This document shows, one piece after another, positions 40,951-53,489 of a stretch of 64,000 bases of DNA. The notes beneath the pieces are model-generated. The model ran no database searches. It saw only the letters and a list, made by a program, of their open reading frames with translations, and had not been told where the DNA came from. The stretch comes from Diadema antillarum (Eukaryota): positions 1,780,436 to 1,844,435 of the forward strand of contig NW_027271016.1 of the NCBI RefSeq assembly GCF_040938485.1, in the 5' to 3' direction. A program made the translations under genes and the position numbers. The stretch's first letter is position 1. Every line of letters begins with the position of its first letter.

Positions 40951-41093
40951 TTGCTGTTCAGTGCCAAAATCCTCCTTGCAGATGACGCAGGGCTGCACCG
41001 AATCATCCCTCTTGTTAGACTTGTCCTTGACCCGGGCCCACTCATTCTCAGACAGAGGCTGCTCTGGGGCTTCAACCAGGCCCATTTTTTGAG
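40951..41093 (-). CDS. RNF32: RNF32-like exon: AQKMGLVEAPEQPLSENEWARVKDKSNKRDDSVQPCVICKEDFGTEQQ (start of RING finger 1, C-x2-C)
   Basis: Acceptor ctgctttag| and donor CAA|GTGAGT. It begins in phase 1, matching the previous exon's end. CVIC is the first Cys pair of a RING. Confidence 0.65.
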
Positions 41094-42169
41094 CTAAAGC
41101 AGAGGAAATGAAGATGAAGGAAAATTGATGGAAAAAAAAAATTCTGAGAATTAAGGTCTTCTGTATAGATGGGGAGCAGCACATCCCTATAAAAGAGATT
41201 TTTTAAAAAATAAACCTGCAAAAACCAGCAAAACTACAAAGTTGAATGAACATACATGTAAGACATAATCAGAAAGTTGGAATTACTTCACTTTCAGTAA
41301 AATATGATAAATGATATCATATGGGCACTTGAAACTGACAGTCGAGATCATAATATCACTGTTTCTTCAGTAACTTTATTCAATTTTTTGTTCAACCACA
41401 GATTCTGTGACTAGAGTTGGCATGTTGTACCTCAGCCACATTCTTTTTTTTTTTCAATATCCTCCAGAAAAGAGGGTATATACATACATTTGTAACTCCA
41501 ATCCACATTATGTCAAACTCGTAATGGCCATACGGTGATAAATTATTACAATCATGGATAACAAAATATAAACAGCAATACCATCGTCTTATTTTACCTG
41601 GGGGTACTCTCTTCCTATGAGTATCATTCTACCGCGTACTGTCAGTAACATTACCTCAACATTGCGGGGTACACACATGCATACAATCACAAACACATAT
41701 ACAAACATACATACTATGCACATAATGTGTGGAGGCATGTGTGTATACAGGAATGCCTGGGTCAATCATGTGAGACAAATCAGATGGAAACATTTTGTTT
41801 GAGAAAATAAAATCCTTTCTCTCTTGTTTAGTGGTACACAGCCCAATTGAATTTTGCATCAAATGTGATCATTGTAATACATGAAGATTGTTTATCATTT
41901 AATAGCTGACATAACGGCTCTCACAGATATGCATTACTTGCTGATTTGCACATCTGTGGAGATTTGATGCTTCATAATCATGCATTTTGGTGTAAAAAAT
42001 CATCTAATCTGTAGAAAATCTTCACAAAGCAGGAGAACTACAGTATACTTTACACTTGCTGTACTGGGAGCTCATCTCCTTACTTCAGTACTTTGAATCA
42101 GCGCCTACCAGGTACTCAGGGGTACTTCCAAAATGCATTACAAATTATTTTTCTATGTCACATACTTAC

Positions 42170-42404
42170 CGAGTGAGAGTGGCTTTGGCTTTGGGTCAAG
42201 TACATATTCCTTTTCTGTCTCTGATTTTTTCGAACCCTTGGAGAGTTGGGCATGGCGTCTAGTGTCAACAATGGGCTTGATGTTCCTTGGCGGCTTTTTG
42301 GCTGGTGGTGGTTTGTGTTTGGCCTTCTTGAATGGATCAACAAGTGACAGGTTCCTCATCATGTGGTCTTGGATTGCAACAGCTGTAAGGGCAGTGCTGC
42401 TGCC
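42170..42404 (-). CDS. RNF32: RNF32-like gene, N-terminal coding exon (..GSSTALTAVAIQDHMMRNLSLVDPFKKAKHKPPPAKKPPRNIKPIVDTRRHAQLSKGSKKSETEKEYVLDPKPKPLSL + 1 nt)
   Basis: Minus-strand ORF with no low complexity. Candidate acceptor ccactag| at 42405-42406 lies just after an in-frame TAG. Donor G|GTAAGT at 42170/42169. Phase 1 at the 3' end joins cleanly to the next exon (LSL+A+QKMGL). An upstream exon carrying the true start is probably outside what I could find. Confidence 0.5.
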
Positions 42405-42964
42405 CTAGTGGTACAAACAATAGTTCAAATGTTAACTTACTGACCAGTGGTTCTGGCTCACGTTCACTAGAGAAATATCCACATACATGTCATATTTTCA
42501 CAAGCCCTAGGGAGCATTAAAATCAACAGTCTGTAAGCAAATTAGAGATTTAAACCTGTTGGGTAACTATACATAGCCCTGTCACTGTGAAGGCACATAG
42601 CGTCTGGTCGGGCTACCTGTTGGGGGATGTACGTACATTATGTACACTTACAACACTGAAAGCACAGATTTAGCTCAATTAACTGCAACTCATGTTGCTT
42701 TTCTCATGCTGAATGTATCATTTTCAAATGTAATCAAATTTTTTTAGACGTATGTTTTTTCGACTACAGTATGTACTAATGTAGCGTTGTGGGAAAAGGT
42801 TGACCTGACTGATTGAATCAATAGTTGTTGTTGATTTGTTTTTATCAATGCCTATGTAAAACTTGAACAATTTTCTCTTTAGATTAGTTATCCCAGTCAT
42901 TTTCATACTCCTGAAAAAAAAAAAAAAAAATATATATATAGATCTATATATACATATTCAGTGG

Positions 42965-43935
42965 TAACCTCAACAGTTGACAGAAAGATCGGTCTGTATC
43001 TGGTTGTCAAGATACATGTACATTCCGCGGAGACTGCGTCTGGCTTCACGGATCCCCTCCTGTCTACTAGTAGTATAGACAGAAAGATCCGTCTGTCCGG
43101 TGGACTCTTTTATATTTTGCCAGTGACGCTGTCCTCCGTAGACAGACGGAAGGTATCAGTACCCATTGCTGTGTGGATGTTCTTAAGCACTGTCTCAATG
43201 GAAAATTGGGTGAGGTACCTCACCCTTCTTGATTGCGTCTAATTCACGGCCCTAGGTCGGCAAATTTAAGCTTGTATAATTAAATTAGCTTTTTAAGAAT
43301 ACACTACACTCACCAGATTAATGAATAATCCAACATTTTAGTAGAATTTTCAACGTAAAACACAGCCTGTCGCGTCATCACGTTCAAACTGCAGAAACAT
43401 ACACCATGAATATATTAGCCAATCACATGCGAGGTAGTTTCTACGTGTTTGTTTTACTAAAACACGTACCTCGCATGTGATTGGCTTACAGATTCAAAAT
43501 GGCGACTTACTGCTTGCGAACGGCGATGTTGCGATATCGATAAAATTTCTGCGTTATAACCGAGTTTATGTGAGTATTTCAATTGCACAATGTGAGAAAT
43601 TTATCCCAAATATTGCTGCATAATGTGTCATGTCACGTCAAACTTGTTTGAATGTAAAAAAGCTGTCTGAAATTTGGTTTATCGTAACGTTTGATCTGTG
43701 CGCGACTGCTCCACACAGGAGCCGCAATCATTGACTTCGGTCTGTATACGGAGGGGATCCGTGAAGCCAGACGTAGTCTCCGCGGAACATTCACCGACGG
43801 ACAGATACAGACCGATCTTTCGGTCAACTAGTAGTAGTACTACGGAGAGCGATAACGTCAAACAAAAAAAAAATTAGTAAAAGACTCCTCCAGACAGACA
43901 GATCTTTCTGTCTACCTCAACAGCGACCCCAAGTT
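42965..43935. mobile_element. About 1-kb foldback element with arms built of subterminal tandem repeats (CTAGTAGTA.GACAGAAAGATC[CG]GTCTGT)
   Basis: 42965-43150 is the reverse complement of 43741-43935. Each arm contains 2-3 copies of the about 45-bp subrepeat. The loop carries a separate 19-bp hairpin, GCCAATCACATGCGAGGTA / TACCTCGCATGTGATTGGC, at 43417-43483. Confidence 0.55.
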
Positions 43936-44754
43936 ACTGGCTACATTGCTACAGTGCTCCGCAACGGGGTTAAATCAATTCAGAGGGTGGCAGGGCCAGG
44001 GACTAAACTCAAACAAAGTGTAAGAACAGTGAGAACAAAGAAGCTACAGATCTCAGTCTAACGTTAGTGTTTAATGTCTTGCCCTCGCCTTGGTCTTGTA
44101 CACAGTCAATTAAAAATTGCGACAGGCCTATTGTGCACAGGACAAAGAGATTTTTCTCCTTCATAAGCTCTTTGGTACAGGATTAGAACTAGGTAACATT
44201 ACTATGGTCGGAGTCATTACACACATCAAAACTTATTTAAATTTTACCAGCAGCGAACACTACGGATGGGTCTACGCACTTCACGTCTTGTATTTTTCAT
44301 AAAAGTGTAAGGAAAATACTTGCCTTCGTTGGTTTAGAAGTGTTCTGACTATACACAGCTGACCTTTTATGATGTTGAGACCCCATTGTCGACAAAGAAA
44401 AATCAAAGTATAGAGGTAAGACTGCAAAACGTCCGGTGTCAAAGGGCTTTTATCGTCTGTTCATGTTCGGACTTTCCCAGTCCAAATCCATTTGTTGTCA
44501 TTAGCCACCGCATCATCACCCCGTGCATAAAAAGCTTGCTGCAGCTGCAGCGCTACGACGTGCAGCGATGCAACCGTAGTACTACATGTACATCGTTTTA
44601 TGAATTTGCCTCCCTCTATTGGCAAGATAACGGTCATACTGAGTTTTCGATTGTCATAATCCAAAAAATCTGTGAATAAACATAGCCTGCTAAAAATACA
44701 AAATTATAAAAATACACGAAAATACATAAAATACAGAAAAAATACAGAAAATAC

Positions 44755-46325
44755 AGCCGTGGAGATTGCACCAGCAGTGACTTTACTTTTCCAAGCTTCT
44801 ATCAGCCAAGGAAAAGTGCCTTCACAGTGGAAGAAGGCTCAGATCGTTCCATTGTTCAAGAAAGGAAGTCGCTCTGATGCTGCAAACTACAGACCCATTT
44901 CTCTAACATCCGTACTGTGTAAGCTGTGTGAACACATATTTCACTGTGCTGTAATCCGTCACCTGACTGACAACAACATCATTTCGGATGCCCAGCATGG
45001 TTTCCGCAAACTGAGATCGTGCGAAACACAACTCATCTGCATGCTGGATGACCTTGCCAAGGGTTTAGACATGAAGTCACAAATTGATGTGGTCCTTCTC
45101 GATTATGAGAAGGCCTTCGATAAAGTCTCCCATCGACATCTCATGGAGAAGGTCCAGCACTATGGAATCTGTGGTAAAACAGCAGATTGGATATCTGATT
45201 TCCTCCACTCACGCACACAATCTGTTCTTGTTGATGGCCAGGAGAGCAGGGAATCCCCTGTTACATCGGGAGTCCCACAAGGAAGTGTCTTGGGCCCCCT
45301 GCTCTTCCTCATCTTCATCAACGACCTGCCGGACTGCATCTCAAGTTCATCTGTCAGACTATACGCTGATGATAGTGTGGTTTACAGGCACATTTCTTCA
45401 CCTGCTGACTCAACCCGCTTGCAGAGGGACTTAGATGCAGTTCAAGAATGGGAAGCGAAATGGCTGATGCGATTTAATGCTACCAAGTGTCAGGTCTTGC
45501 AGGTCACCAACAAGAGGAATCCCGTTCCTGCCTCCTACACCATTCATGACCATGTACTACAAGTTGTCCGCTCAACCAAATACCTGGGTGTCCATATCGA
45601 TTCAAGATTGAATTTCAACAATCATGTGGATACTGTCACCAAGAAAGCTAATGGTACTCGAGCCTTCTTCTCACGCAACCTACGTCATAGCAGCCAAAAA
45701 GTCAAAGAAGCTGTCTACACAACATTCATCCGACCAACTGTCCAATACGCAGCGACTTCATGGGATCCGCACACACAACGGAACATACACAAGCTTGAGC
45801 AGGTTCAGAGAAGTGCAGCTCGATTTGTCACGGGCGACTTCGAAAGATCTAGCAGCGTCACAGCCATGCTGGATTATCTCAAGTGGCCTCCACTGCAGGA
45901 ACGTCGCTCCCAAAATCGTCTGCTGATGATGTATAAGATCAGACATCACTTGGTTGACATCCATTGGCAGACTTACCTGACCCAGCTCTCAAAATCTACC
46001 AGAGGACACTGTTCCCGATTCACTATCCCCCACACCAATACTACAGCGTATGCCAACTCATTCTTCCCACGCACCATCCGGGACTGGAACAGCCTGTCTG
46101 TTGATCCTGCCACATACCCATCCCTCATCGCCTTCAAAACTGCGCTGAGGGAACTCTGTAGGATGTAACTCTTCATCCAGAGATTTTTACTCGCACCTGT
46201 AAATATTTTTCACCTGATTTCAAATTTCTGTTGCCCCGGTGCGGCGTATGCGCATGTTCTCGCAGTGCGTTCATCCTCGACCATTTGAGGGCAGCACTTT
46301 ATCGGAAGAAGAAGAAGAAGAAAGT
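44755..46325 (+). mobile_element. 5'-truncated non-LTR retrotransposon (CR1/L2-like LINE): RT domain ORF 44672-46168 plus 3' UTR ending in a (GAA)n tail
   Basis: The 498-aa ORF carries NYRPISLTSV, QHGFRKLRSCETQL, LLDYEKAFDKVSH, GVPQGSVLGPLLF and YADD reverse-transcriptase motifs. No ORF1 or endonuclease lies upstream. A microsatellite-like (AAATACAG)n sits at the 5' junction. Confidence 0.85.
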
Positions 46326-48424
46326 CTCAATGTATTTCGTCTTACATATCTAAGTCGACGAACTTATTTCACTCCAGTCCTGAAATTTGAATATGGAGGT
46401 CAATCTCATGATCTGCTCAAATTCCGATCAGAAAGCATTAATGTGGGTTGAGTGAATATAGCAATATCAGTGGAACACAGAGAAAGTTTGAGGGAAATCG
46501 TAAGTCCGTTTAAAGGTTAATTCTTAAGGCAGACATCATTTGATTTGGAGACTACAATTTGTGACGTCACGTGTTAAGAACGATTTAAAGGAAATACAAA
46601 GAAAATTCAACACAATTATTTTCACTTTTATGGCATGATGAAAGAACATTTACCTTACTTTCAGATAGAAGGAGAAATAATATTAACATTAACATTATGT
46701 CGGTAACAAGTCAAGGTAATGTGCACTTTCCGTGGTTCTTGTAGATAAATAAAATGTTAATATTGTTTATATAAATGATGTTCATTTGGAAGTTTTGCTG
46801 AGGGTGATTTGCCCCAGAATAAAATCAGAGCACTGCCATGCTTCTTCGCGATCAACATAATACTCATCTTTACGAGTCTTTATGGGTAAGGCCCCAGTCA
46901 CACAATGCTCTGCGTCCGGTGTTACGTCCAAAAAAGTAATTTTTTCTGCGGATTCCCGCGGATCCCTCGCCGTCCCGTGAAAATTTTGACAAAACTTACG
47001 ACAGAAAAAGCGGGTGATACGGACAGATACGACCAGATGCGGATACTTGCGTCCACTTGCGGATAATCTTACGAATTGAAACGTAATTCGTTCTTTCGAC
47101 TTGCGTTAACTTCCGAATACTTCTGAACACTTGCGGAAAGTTGCGAATATTTACGGAGATTTGCGAATATTTTCGAATAGTTGCGGAGAGTTACAGATTG
47201 GTATGAATAATTGTGGACAATGTGGTTTTCTCGGGAGACCCCTGCTTATTCGGTGTATTAATGTCAGCAAGGTTATCACATTTATGACTGTCTTAGTACA
47301 ATGGGGGAAAACTGAAATTATGTCACGTTCAAGTTGTGGATGAAGACTTTTCGTATTATTTTTTATTTGTTTAATAGCAATAAAAGAAAAATGAAATTTT
47401 GAACTTTTTGAAATTTTGAAAGTTTTTCATTTCAATTGTGCAACTCAAATGTGAATGTGTATCATAAATGATTTTATCTTATTTCATTTCGTTTTATTTC
47501 TGCCTTTTTCACAAAATATTTACACGTAACAAACAATTTTCCAATACTGTAATCATGCTTTATCCAACACAAAATTAATATAAATATCTTCAAGTAAACG
47601 TACCAATATTGAAATATTGTATAAGTGAGTTATAATCATACTTGAATTATTGCGGAAAATCATTGATATTTCAATCGAATTAATGCAAACAAATTGGAGG
47701 AGACCGTCATCTTAAGCTAAAGCTAAGCTAAAGCTTGAATTTGATGACGGTCTCTGGATAAGCATATAGCTTATACTTCATTACAAATCATTTAATACAT
47801 ATTAAAGTGTATAACGGAGTTCCATATCAGGGTACGTACAAATGCATCAGTGCAAAGGTGTTGTAAGGTGAGTTAGGGTACAAGTGCATATGTGCAGTTA
47901 TGTTGTTTGATTATTGAAGTGAAATTTGGTGCTATTCAGAAAAAATGTGTATATCTATTTTCATATAAAAAATAGCATACACAATGTTTATGTATGGATA
48001 TATGTGCGGATACGAGTCATGTAATGTTAAAAGGTGGTGAAAAGAATAAAGTGCATCTTGGTAAATAAGAACTGCGTCCGCACTCTGTGTTTTATCAGAC
48101 ATGGAACCCTTCAGAAATTTAAGATTTCACTTCAAAACTAATTTATGAATTAAAAAGATGTATGACTAAATGCATAGAATACATAACATAATTATACCAC
48201 GAATAAAATACTACATGGATCGATAAGTTAAACAATATAGTAAGAAAATATAGTTTAGAGTCCTAGAATAGACAAATTTTGGTTACGTTGTAATTGTGCA
48301 TGGATATTCATGACTTACTGGATTATGTTACGAAGACTGTTAAAGTAATGCTTGATAAATTTCCAGACAAAAATGGACTTTAGAACACCCCCTCCCCCAC
48401 CCAGATACAATATAAAATATGTAT

Positions 48425-49963
48425 ACGCATTCCATGGAGTGTAGAATGGCTAAGACTACAGAGAAATACTAAATTCGTTCTCATTTTTTTTATATAGCTT
48501 ATCGCTGTCCCACACCTTCGCCAGGCCAAAAAAGTAAATAGAATGCTGTCACTCTATCCCCTACCAAAAAAATATTGACCCTTTCGAATAATATACATTC
48601 AAGGTTACAAGGAAAACAAGTTCACCACCCGGGGTCGACCGATGTCATCTGTATATGGGTGTCATCTTAAATTGACCATTTGCGGGGAGAAATTTCATAA
48701 CTCGACCATGCGGTTGTACCACTCCACCGCTCCGACTGTGTTATAGTATTCCTTCAGGTACATGCGCTATAGTGGTTTCCCGGAGTCTCTGCTCCCATGG
48801 GAGTGGAAAACGGAAAACGTCAAAGGACGCAGTTGTCCGCAGCTTTCGTGACTGTCCGCAGATGTCCGTAAGCAGACGTAAGTGTTGTGATACGTTAACT
48901 TGCGGTTAATTTCGGATACTTACGGCGGACGCAAATGAACGCAAATGGACGGGAGGTAAAACATTTTGCGGATGGTCTGCGTCCAAGCTACGGATAGTTA
49001 CGTTCAGTTACGGATAGTTACGTTTAGTTACGGTTACTTGCGTAAGTCTGCATCCGTGGAGTCCCTCTGCGAAATTTTGAACATTTCAAAATTTCGCAGG
49101 CTTGGTGCCGTCATTTTGCGTTTCTTTACGGATTAGTTACGGACAGTTACGTCTACATACGACCCTGCGGATGTCTGCGTCCACGCTGCGTCCCCCTGCG
49201 TCCACTCATCCGTATCTATCCGCAGCGGACGTAACCCATCGTAAGGCATTGTGTGACTGGGGCATTACGTCCGCCGCGAATAGATACGGATGAGTGGACG
49301 CAGGGGGACGCAGCGTGGACGCAGGCATCCGCAGGGACGTATGTAGACGTAGGGTTCTGTCCGTAACTCATCCGTAAAGAAACGCAAAATGACGGCGCCA
49401 AGCCTGCGAAATTTTGAAATTTTGAAAATTTCGCAGAGGGACTCCACGGATGTAAACTTTCGCAAGTTACCGTATCCACCAAACGTAACTATCCGTAACT
49501 GAACGTAACTACCCGTAGCTTGGACGCAGACCATCCGCAAACAATTTTACCTCCCGTCCGTTTGCGTTCGTTTACGTCCACCGTAAGTATCCGAAATTAA
49601 CCGCAAGTTAACGTATCACAACACTTTCGTCCCCTTACGGATATTTGCGGACAGTTACGGATGCTACGGACGATTACGTCCTTCGACGTTTTCCGTTTTC
49701 CACTAGCATGGGAACACAGAGACTCGTGGGAAGCCACACAACTCATGTTGCGAAGCTGCAGCGCATTTACCTGAAGGAATGCTACAACACAGTCGGAGCG
49801 GTGGAGAGGCAGAACCGTATGGTCAAATTATGAAATTTCTCCCACAATTGGTCATTTTAGGTGGCACCCATATGTGGGACAGCGATGAACTATATAAAAT
49901 GAGAACAAATTAAGTATTTCTCTATAGTCTTACCCACTTTACGCTCCATGGAATGTGTATTGC

Positions 49964-50015
<52 letters not shown>

Positions 50016-50075
50016 ATGCAATACACATTCCATGGAGCGTAAAGTGGGTAAGACTATAGAGAAATACTTTGCCCA
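48425..50075. repeat. Large near-perfect palindrome (arms about 800 bp, centre about 49250) inside the 5.9-kb element; centre carries a terminus-like motif GCATTGTGTGACTGGGG
   Basis: I compared the reverse complement of 48425-49232 with 49267-50075 segment by segment. They align throughout with scattered mismatches. The right arm ends in a second perfect palindrome centred on (TA)n. Confidence 0.75.
49905..50075. repeat. About 170-bp palindrome centred on (TA)22 (cruciform-capable)
   Basis: 49905-49965 is the reverse complement of 50012-50075 (CATTCCATGGAGCGTAAAGTGGGTAAGACTATAGAGAAATACTT), flanking (TA)n at 49967-50011. A third copy of the arm lies at 48425-48480. Confidence 0.8.
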
Positions 50076-50268
50076 TGAAATTTTGCCTATGATCAGACAT
50101 GTTTTCATGTCTGTTTCAGAAACGGGTTTGATTAAGATCTTTTGTCACACCATAGGCATGAAGAGTGTGACCTTGCCTTTCAGTTTTTGAGAGCTAAGCT
50201 CCGTTTTTAAGATCTTCAAGATCTATGATATATTTTTTACGGCGTTCTTCTTCTACCAATTCTTTTAC

Positions 50269-50279
50269 TTATATCTATA

Positions 50280-50334
<55 letters not shown>
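50269..50334. repeat. (TA)n of about 30 units inside the 5.9-kb element
   Basis: Seen directly. Confidence 0.95.
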
Positions 50335-50341
<7 letters not shown>

Positions 50342-50909
50342 GGGTGTGGGAGGGGTGTTTGAAAGTCTTGATGTCTTTTTTTTTCTGGAAATTTAATAAG
50401 CATTGCTTTATTACCAAAATCTCCTTAACATAACCCAATAAGTCATGAATATCGCTACACAACGTCAGCGTAACCACAGTTTGTCTATTCCATGACTGTA
50501 AGTAATATTTTCTTACTCTAATGTTTAACTTATCGATCTATATTGTATTTTATTTGTGGTATAGTTATGTTATGTATTCTTTACATTTATGACGTTTATT
50601 AAGTTGCACAAATATAATTTAAACTTCAAGTTCAAAATTTCATATATCTTTTATTACTGTAAAGCAAATTAAAGGATTACGAAGTTTTTTCACAACTTGT
50701 ACGTAATTCAATTTCAGTTTTCCCCAGTGTATACAATGTAAGACAGTCCAATATGTGATAACCTTGCTGTCATAATACACTGACTTAGCAGGGATCGTCA
50801 TAGAAAACCATATCGTCCATAATTATTTATAACAATCTGTAACTATCCGTAACTATCCGAAAATATCCGCAACTCTCCGCAAGGGTTCAGAACTATTATG
50901 TGCCAATTC

Positions 50910-52576
50910 CAGTGGCGTATCTAGGGAAAACGGCGCCTGGGGCAAGCGCGAAAATTGCGCCCCTAATTTCTGAAAAAGACTATTGTTCAACCCCAACCCC
51001 ATCCCGGTAGGGACTTTAAGCAAAGTGCACATGATATGCTTTTCAAGCCCTTAAAAGGGGTCTTTTGAGGGTGATTTAAATGTAATGAATTTTGATAAAT
51101 TTTGGCGAGCGAGCGCAGCGAGCGAGCCGAAAATTTGTGTATTTCAGCTGACAAAACATGGAATTCTAGTCATTTTTTGCTTATCAAATCTTACAATTCT
51201 AATCAAGATAGTGACGGCCTTATAGATAACGATTTATCTATACCAACAAACTGAGTACTTTAAAAAATATTCTAAATCAGAGGGGCATTTCATGAAGCAT
51301 TTTGTCCGACAACTTGTCGGACAAAATTTGCTTTCAGCCAATCAGAAGCAAGGATTTCAGTAGCTTTTAACAGTTTGTCAGACGAAATATCTGACAAATT
51401 GCTTCATGAAATGCCCCCCCCCCCCCCCCATGTACGCGCGAGTGAGCCGAAATTTGTATATTTCCGCGTCATCATCACGTTTTGTTCTTATCTCCTTTTT
51501 GTTTTGATAAATTTTGGCGAGCGAGCGCAGCGAGCCAGCCGAAAATTTTTGTATTACAGCTTACAAAACCTGGAACTCTTGTCATTTTTTGCTTATCAAA
51601 TCTTACAATTCTAATCAAGATATAGTGACGGCCTTATAGATAACGATTTTTACCAACAAACTAAGGAATTGAAGAAATACTCTGAATTAGTACGAGCGAG
51701 TGAGCCGAAATTTGTATATTTCCGCGTCATCATCATCACGTTTTGTTCTTATCTCCTTTTTGTTTTGATAAATTTTTGCGAGCGAGCGCAGTGAGCGAGC
51801 CGAAAATTTTTGTATTTCAGCTTACAAAACATGGAACTCTTGTCATTTTTTGCTTTTCAAATCTTACAATTCTAATCAAGATATAGTAACGGCTTTATAG
51901 ATAACGATTTTTACCAACAAACTGAGGGTTTGAAGAAATACTCTAAATTAGTACGAGCGAGTGAGCCGAAATTTGTATATTTCCACGTCATCATTACGTT
52001 TTGTTCTTATCTTGTTTGATTTTTTTTTTGGCGCCCCCCCTCCCCCCCCCCCCGTATGTTCGAAACCGTTGGCGCCTTCTTTTGATCCAATTGGCGATCG
52101 CTTCAGAACGAAAGAAATTGCAGCCGCTGCTCAGTGAAACATTTTGCCTACTAAATATAAAATGACACGTGTGAACACAATAGACATTGTCATTTTGTCC
52201 GATTCATCATCACATTTTGTTCTTACCTTCTTCTTCTATATAAAATTTAGAGAGCGAGCGCAGCGAGCGAGCCGAAAATTGTATTTCAGCTTACATAACA
52301 TGGAATTCTTGTGTGAACACAATAAACATTGTCATTTTGTCCGAGTCATCGTTATGTTTTGTTTTTATCTTTTTTTGATTTGGTTTTCTGCCCCCCCCCC
52401 CCGCACATTCTTCCTCCCCCCCCCTTCCGGTGAGTTTCTTCTTCTTCTTCTTTTCTTTTTTCGTTTTTTTTTCTTCGTTTTTTTTTTCTTCTTCTTCGTT
52501 TTTTTTTTGCGCCCCCAAGGAGTGGCGCCCGGGGCACGTGCCCCCCTTGCCCCCCCCCCCCCTAGATACGCCACTG
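50910..52576. mobile_element. Nested non-autonomous hAT-like element inserted into the right TIR of the 5.9-kb element; perfect 17-bp TIR CAGTGGCGTATCTAGGG with an 8-bp TSD GCCAATTC
   Basis: GCCAATTC occurs at 50902-50909 and 52577-52584, immediately flanking perfect inverted termini. An 8-bp TSD with CAG termini is typical of hAT. The interior holds about 3.5 tandem copies of a 270-bp unit (GCGAGCGAGCGCAGCGAGCGAGCC motif) and long poly-C/(CTT)n tracts. Confidence 0.55.
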
Positions 52577-53489
52577 GCCAATTCGTAAGAATATCCGCAA
52601 GTGGACGCAAGTATTCGCATCTGGTCATATTTGTCCGTATCGCCCGCATTTTTTCCCCGTATGTTTTGTCCAAATTTTCTGGTGACGGCAAAGGATCCGC
52701 GGGAGTCCGCAGAAAAAAATTACTTTTTTGGAAGTAACGCCGGACGCAGAGCATTATGTGACTGGGGCCTTAAGTTCCACTACAATAAGTTATCGCCTTA
52801 GCTAGAGCTTCTTTACTATACACTTCAGTTCAATGATCGAGTGCACATTTCTTAATTTCCATTACTCAACAATCATTTTGATATATACGCTACACAATCA
52901 TCTCTGTTTGCAAACGTCAATGTGTTTTAGACACAACTGAATTTTAGCGCCGTTCACGATCACGTGCACCGTTGATCTTGTCTGCTGTCATCGGGGAGTG
53001 ATGATTTTCAAGTCGCTTGTCCATGTCTTTCTAACACTAATATCCCCCACAGCCCCTTTTTCTTTGTTTTCTTTCTTAGCATCACCTGTGTACATGACCG
53101 TGTATGTTTTTTTGTGTAACTGTTTTGTTGTGTAAAACTAGTTTGTTTTTGTTGTAGTTAAGTAAGCCGATAGTTCATTGAAACTGTTTATTCATTTATT
53201 TATTTGTGCATGAGGCCCCAATATTAAGCTCGGCTTACTGGGGATCCTCCTACATGGTACCTTGACATTTTTATTATCATTATGTCTCCGTTCTTTGTCA
53301 CAATGATTATTTTACTTACCTGTCATGTGCAAAATCAGCCATGACTTTATTTTGAACCATGTGTTTATTTCTGAAAGTGATCAGAGGTGATTATATCATT
53401 TTACCATACAGAAACAATATGAAATGAAATGAAATGAAATATTTAAGGCACTTTCTGGCCTTCTGTTTGATACCCTTTCGATATTATAA

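Larger units (their letters stand above)
46889..52770. mobile_element. 5.9-kb non-autonomous composite foldback/TIR DNA transposon flanked by TA (candidate Tc1/mariner-type TSD)
   Basis: Left end AGGCCCCAGTCACACAATGCTCTGCGTCCG.. (46889-47075) is the reverse complement of the right end (52585-52770) over about 190 bp with few mismatches. TA sits on both flanks. No transposase-sized ORF is present. The interior is AT-rich with nested palindromes. Confidence 0.7.

Noticed and set aside
52144-52754. 197-aa (+) and 129-aa (-) ORFs
   Set aside because: They are produced by poly-C, poly-T and (CTT)n tracts inside the nested hAT-like element, with K/R/F/G homopolymeric runs.
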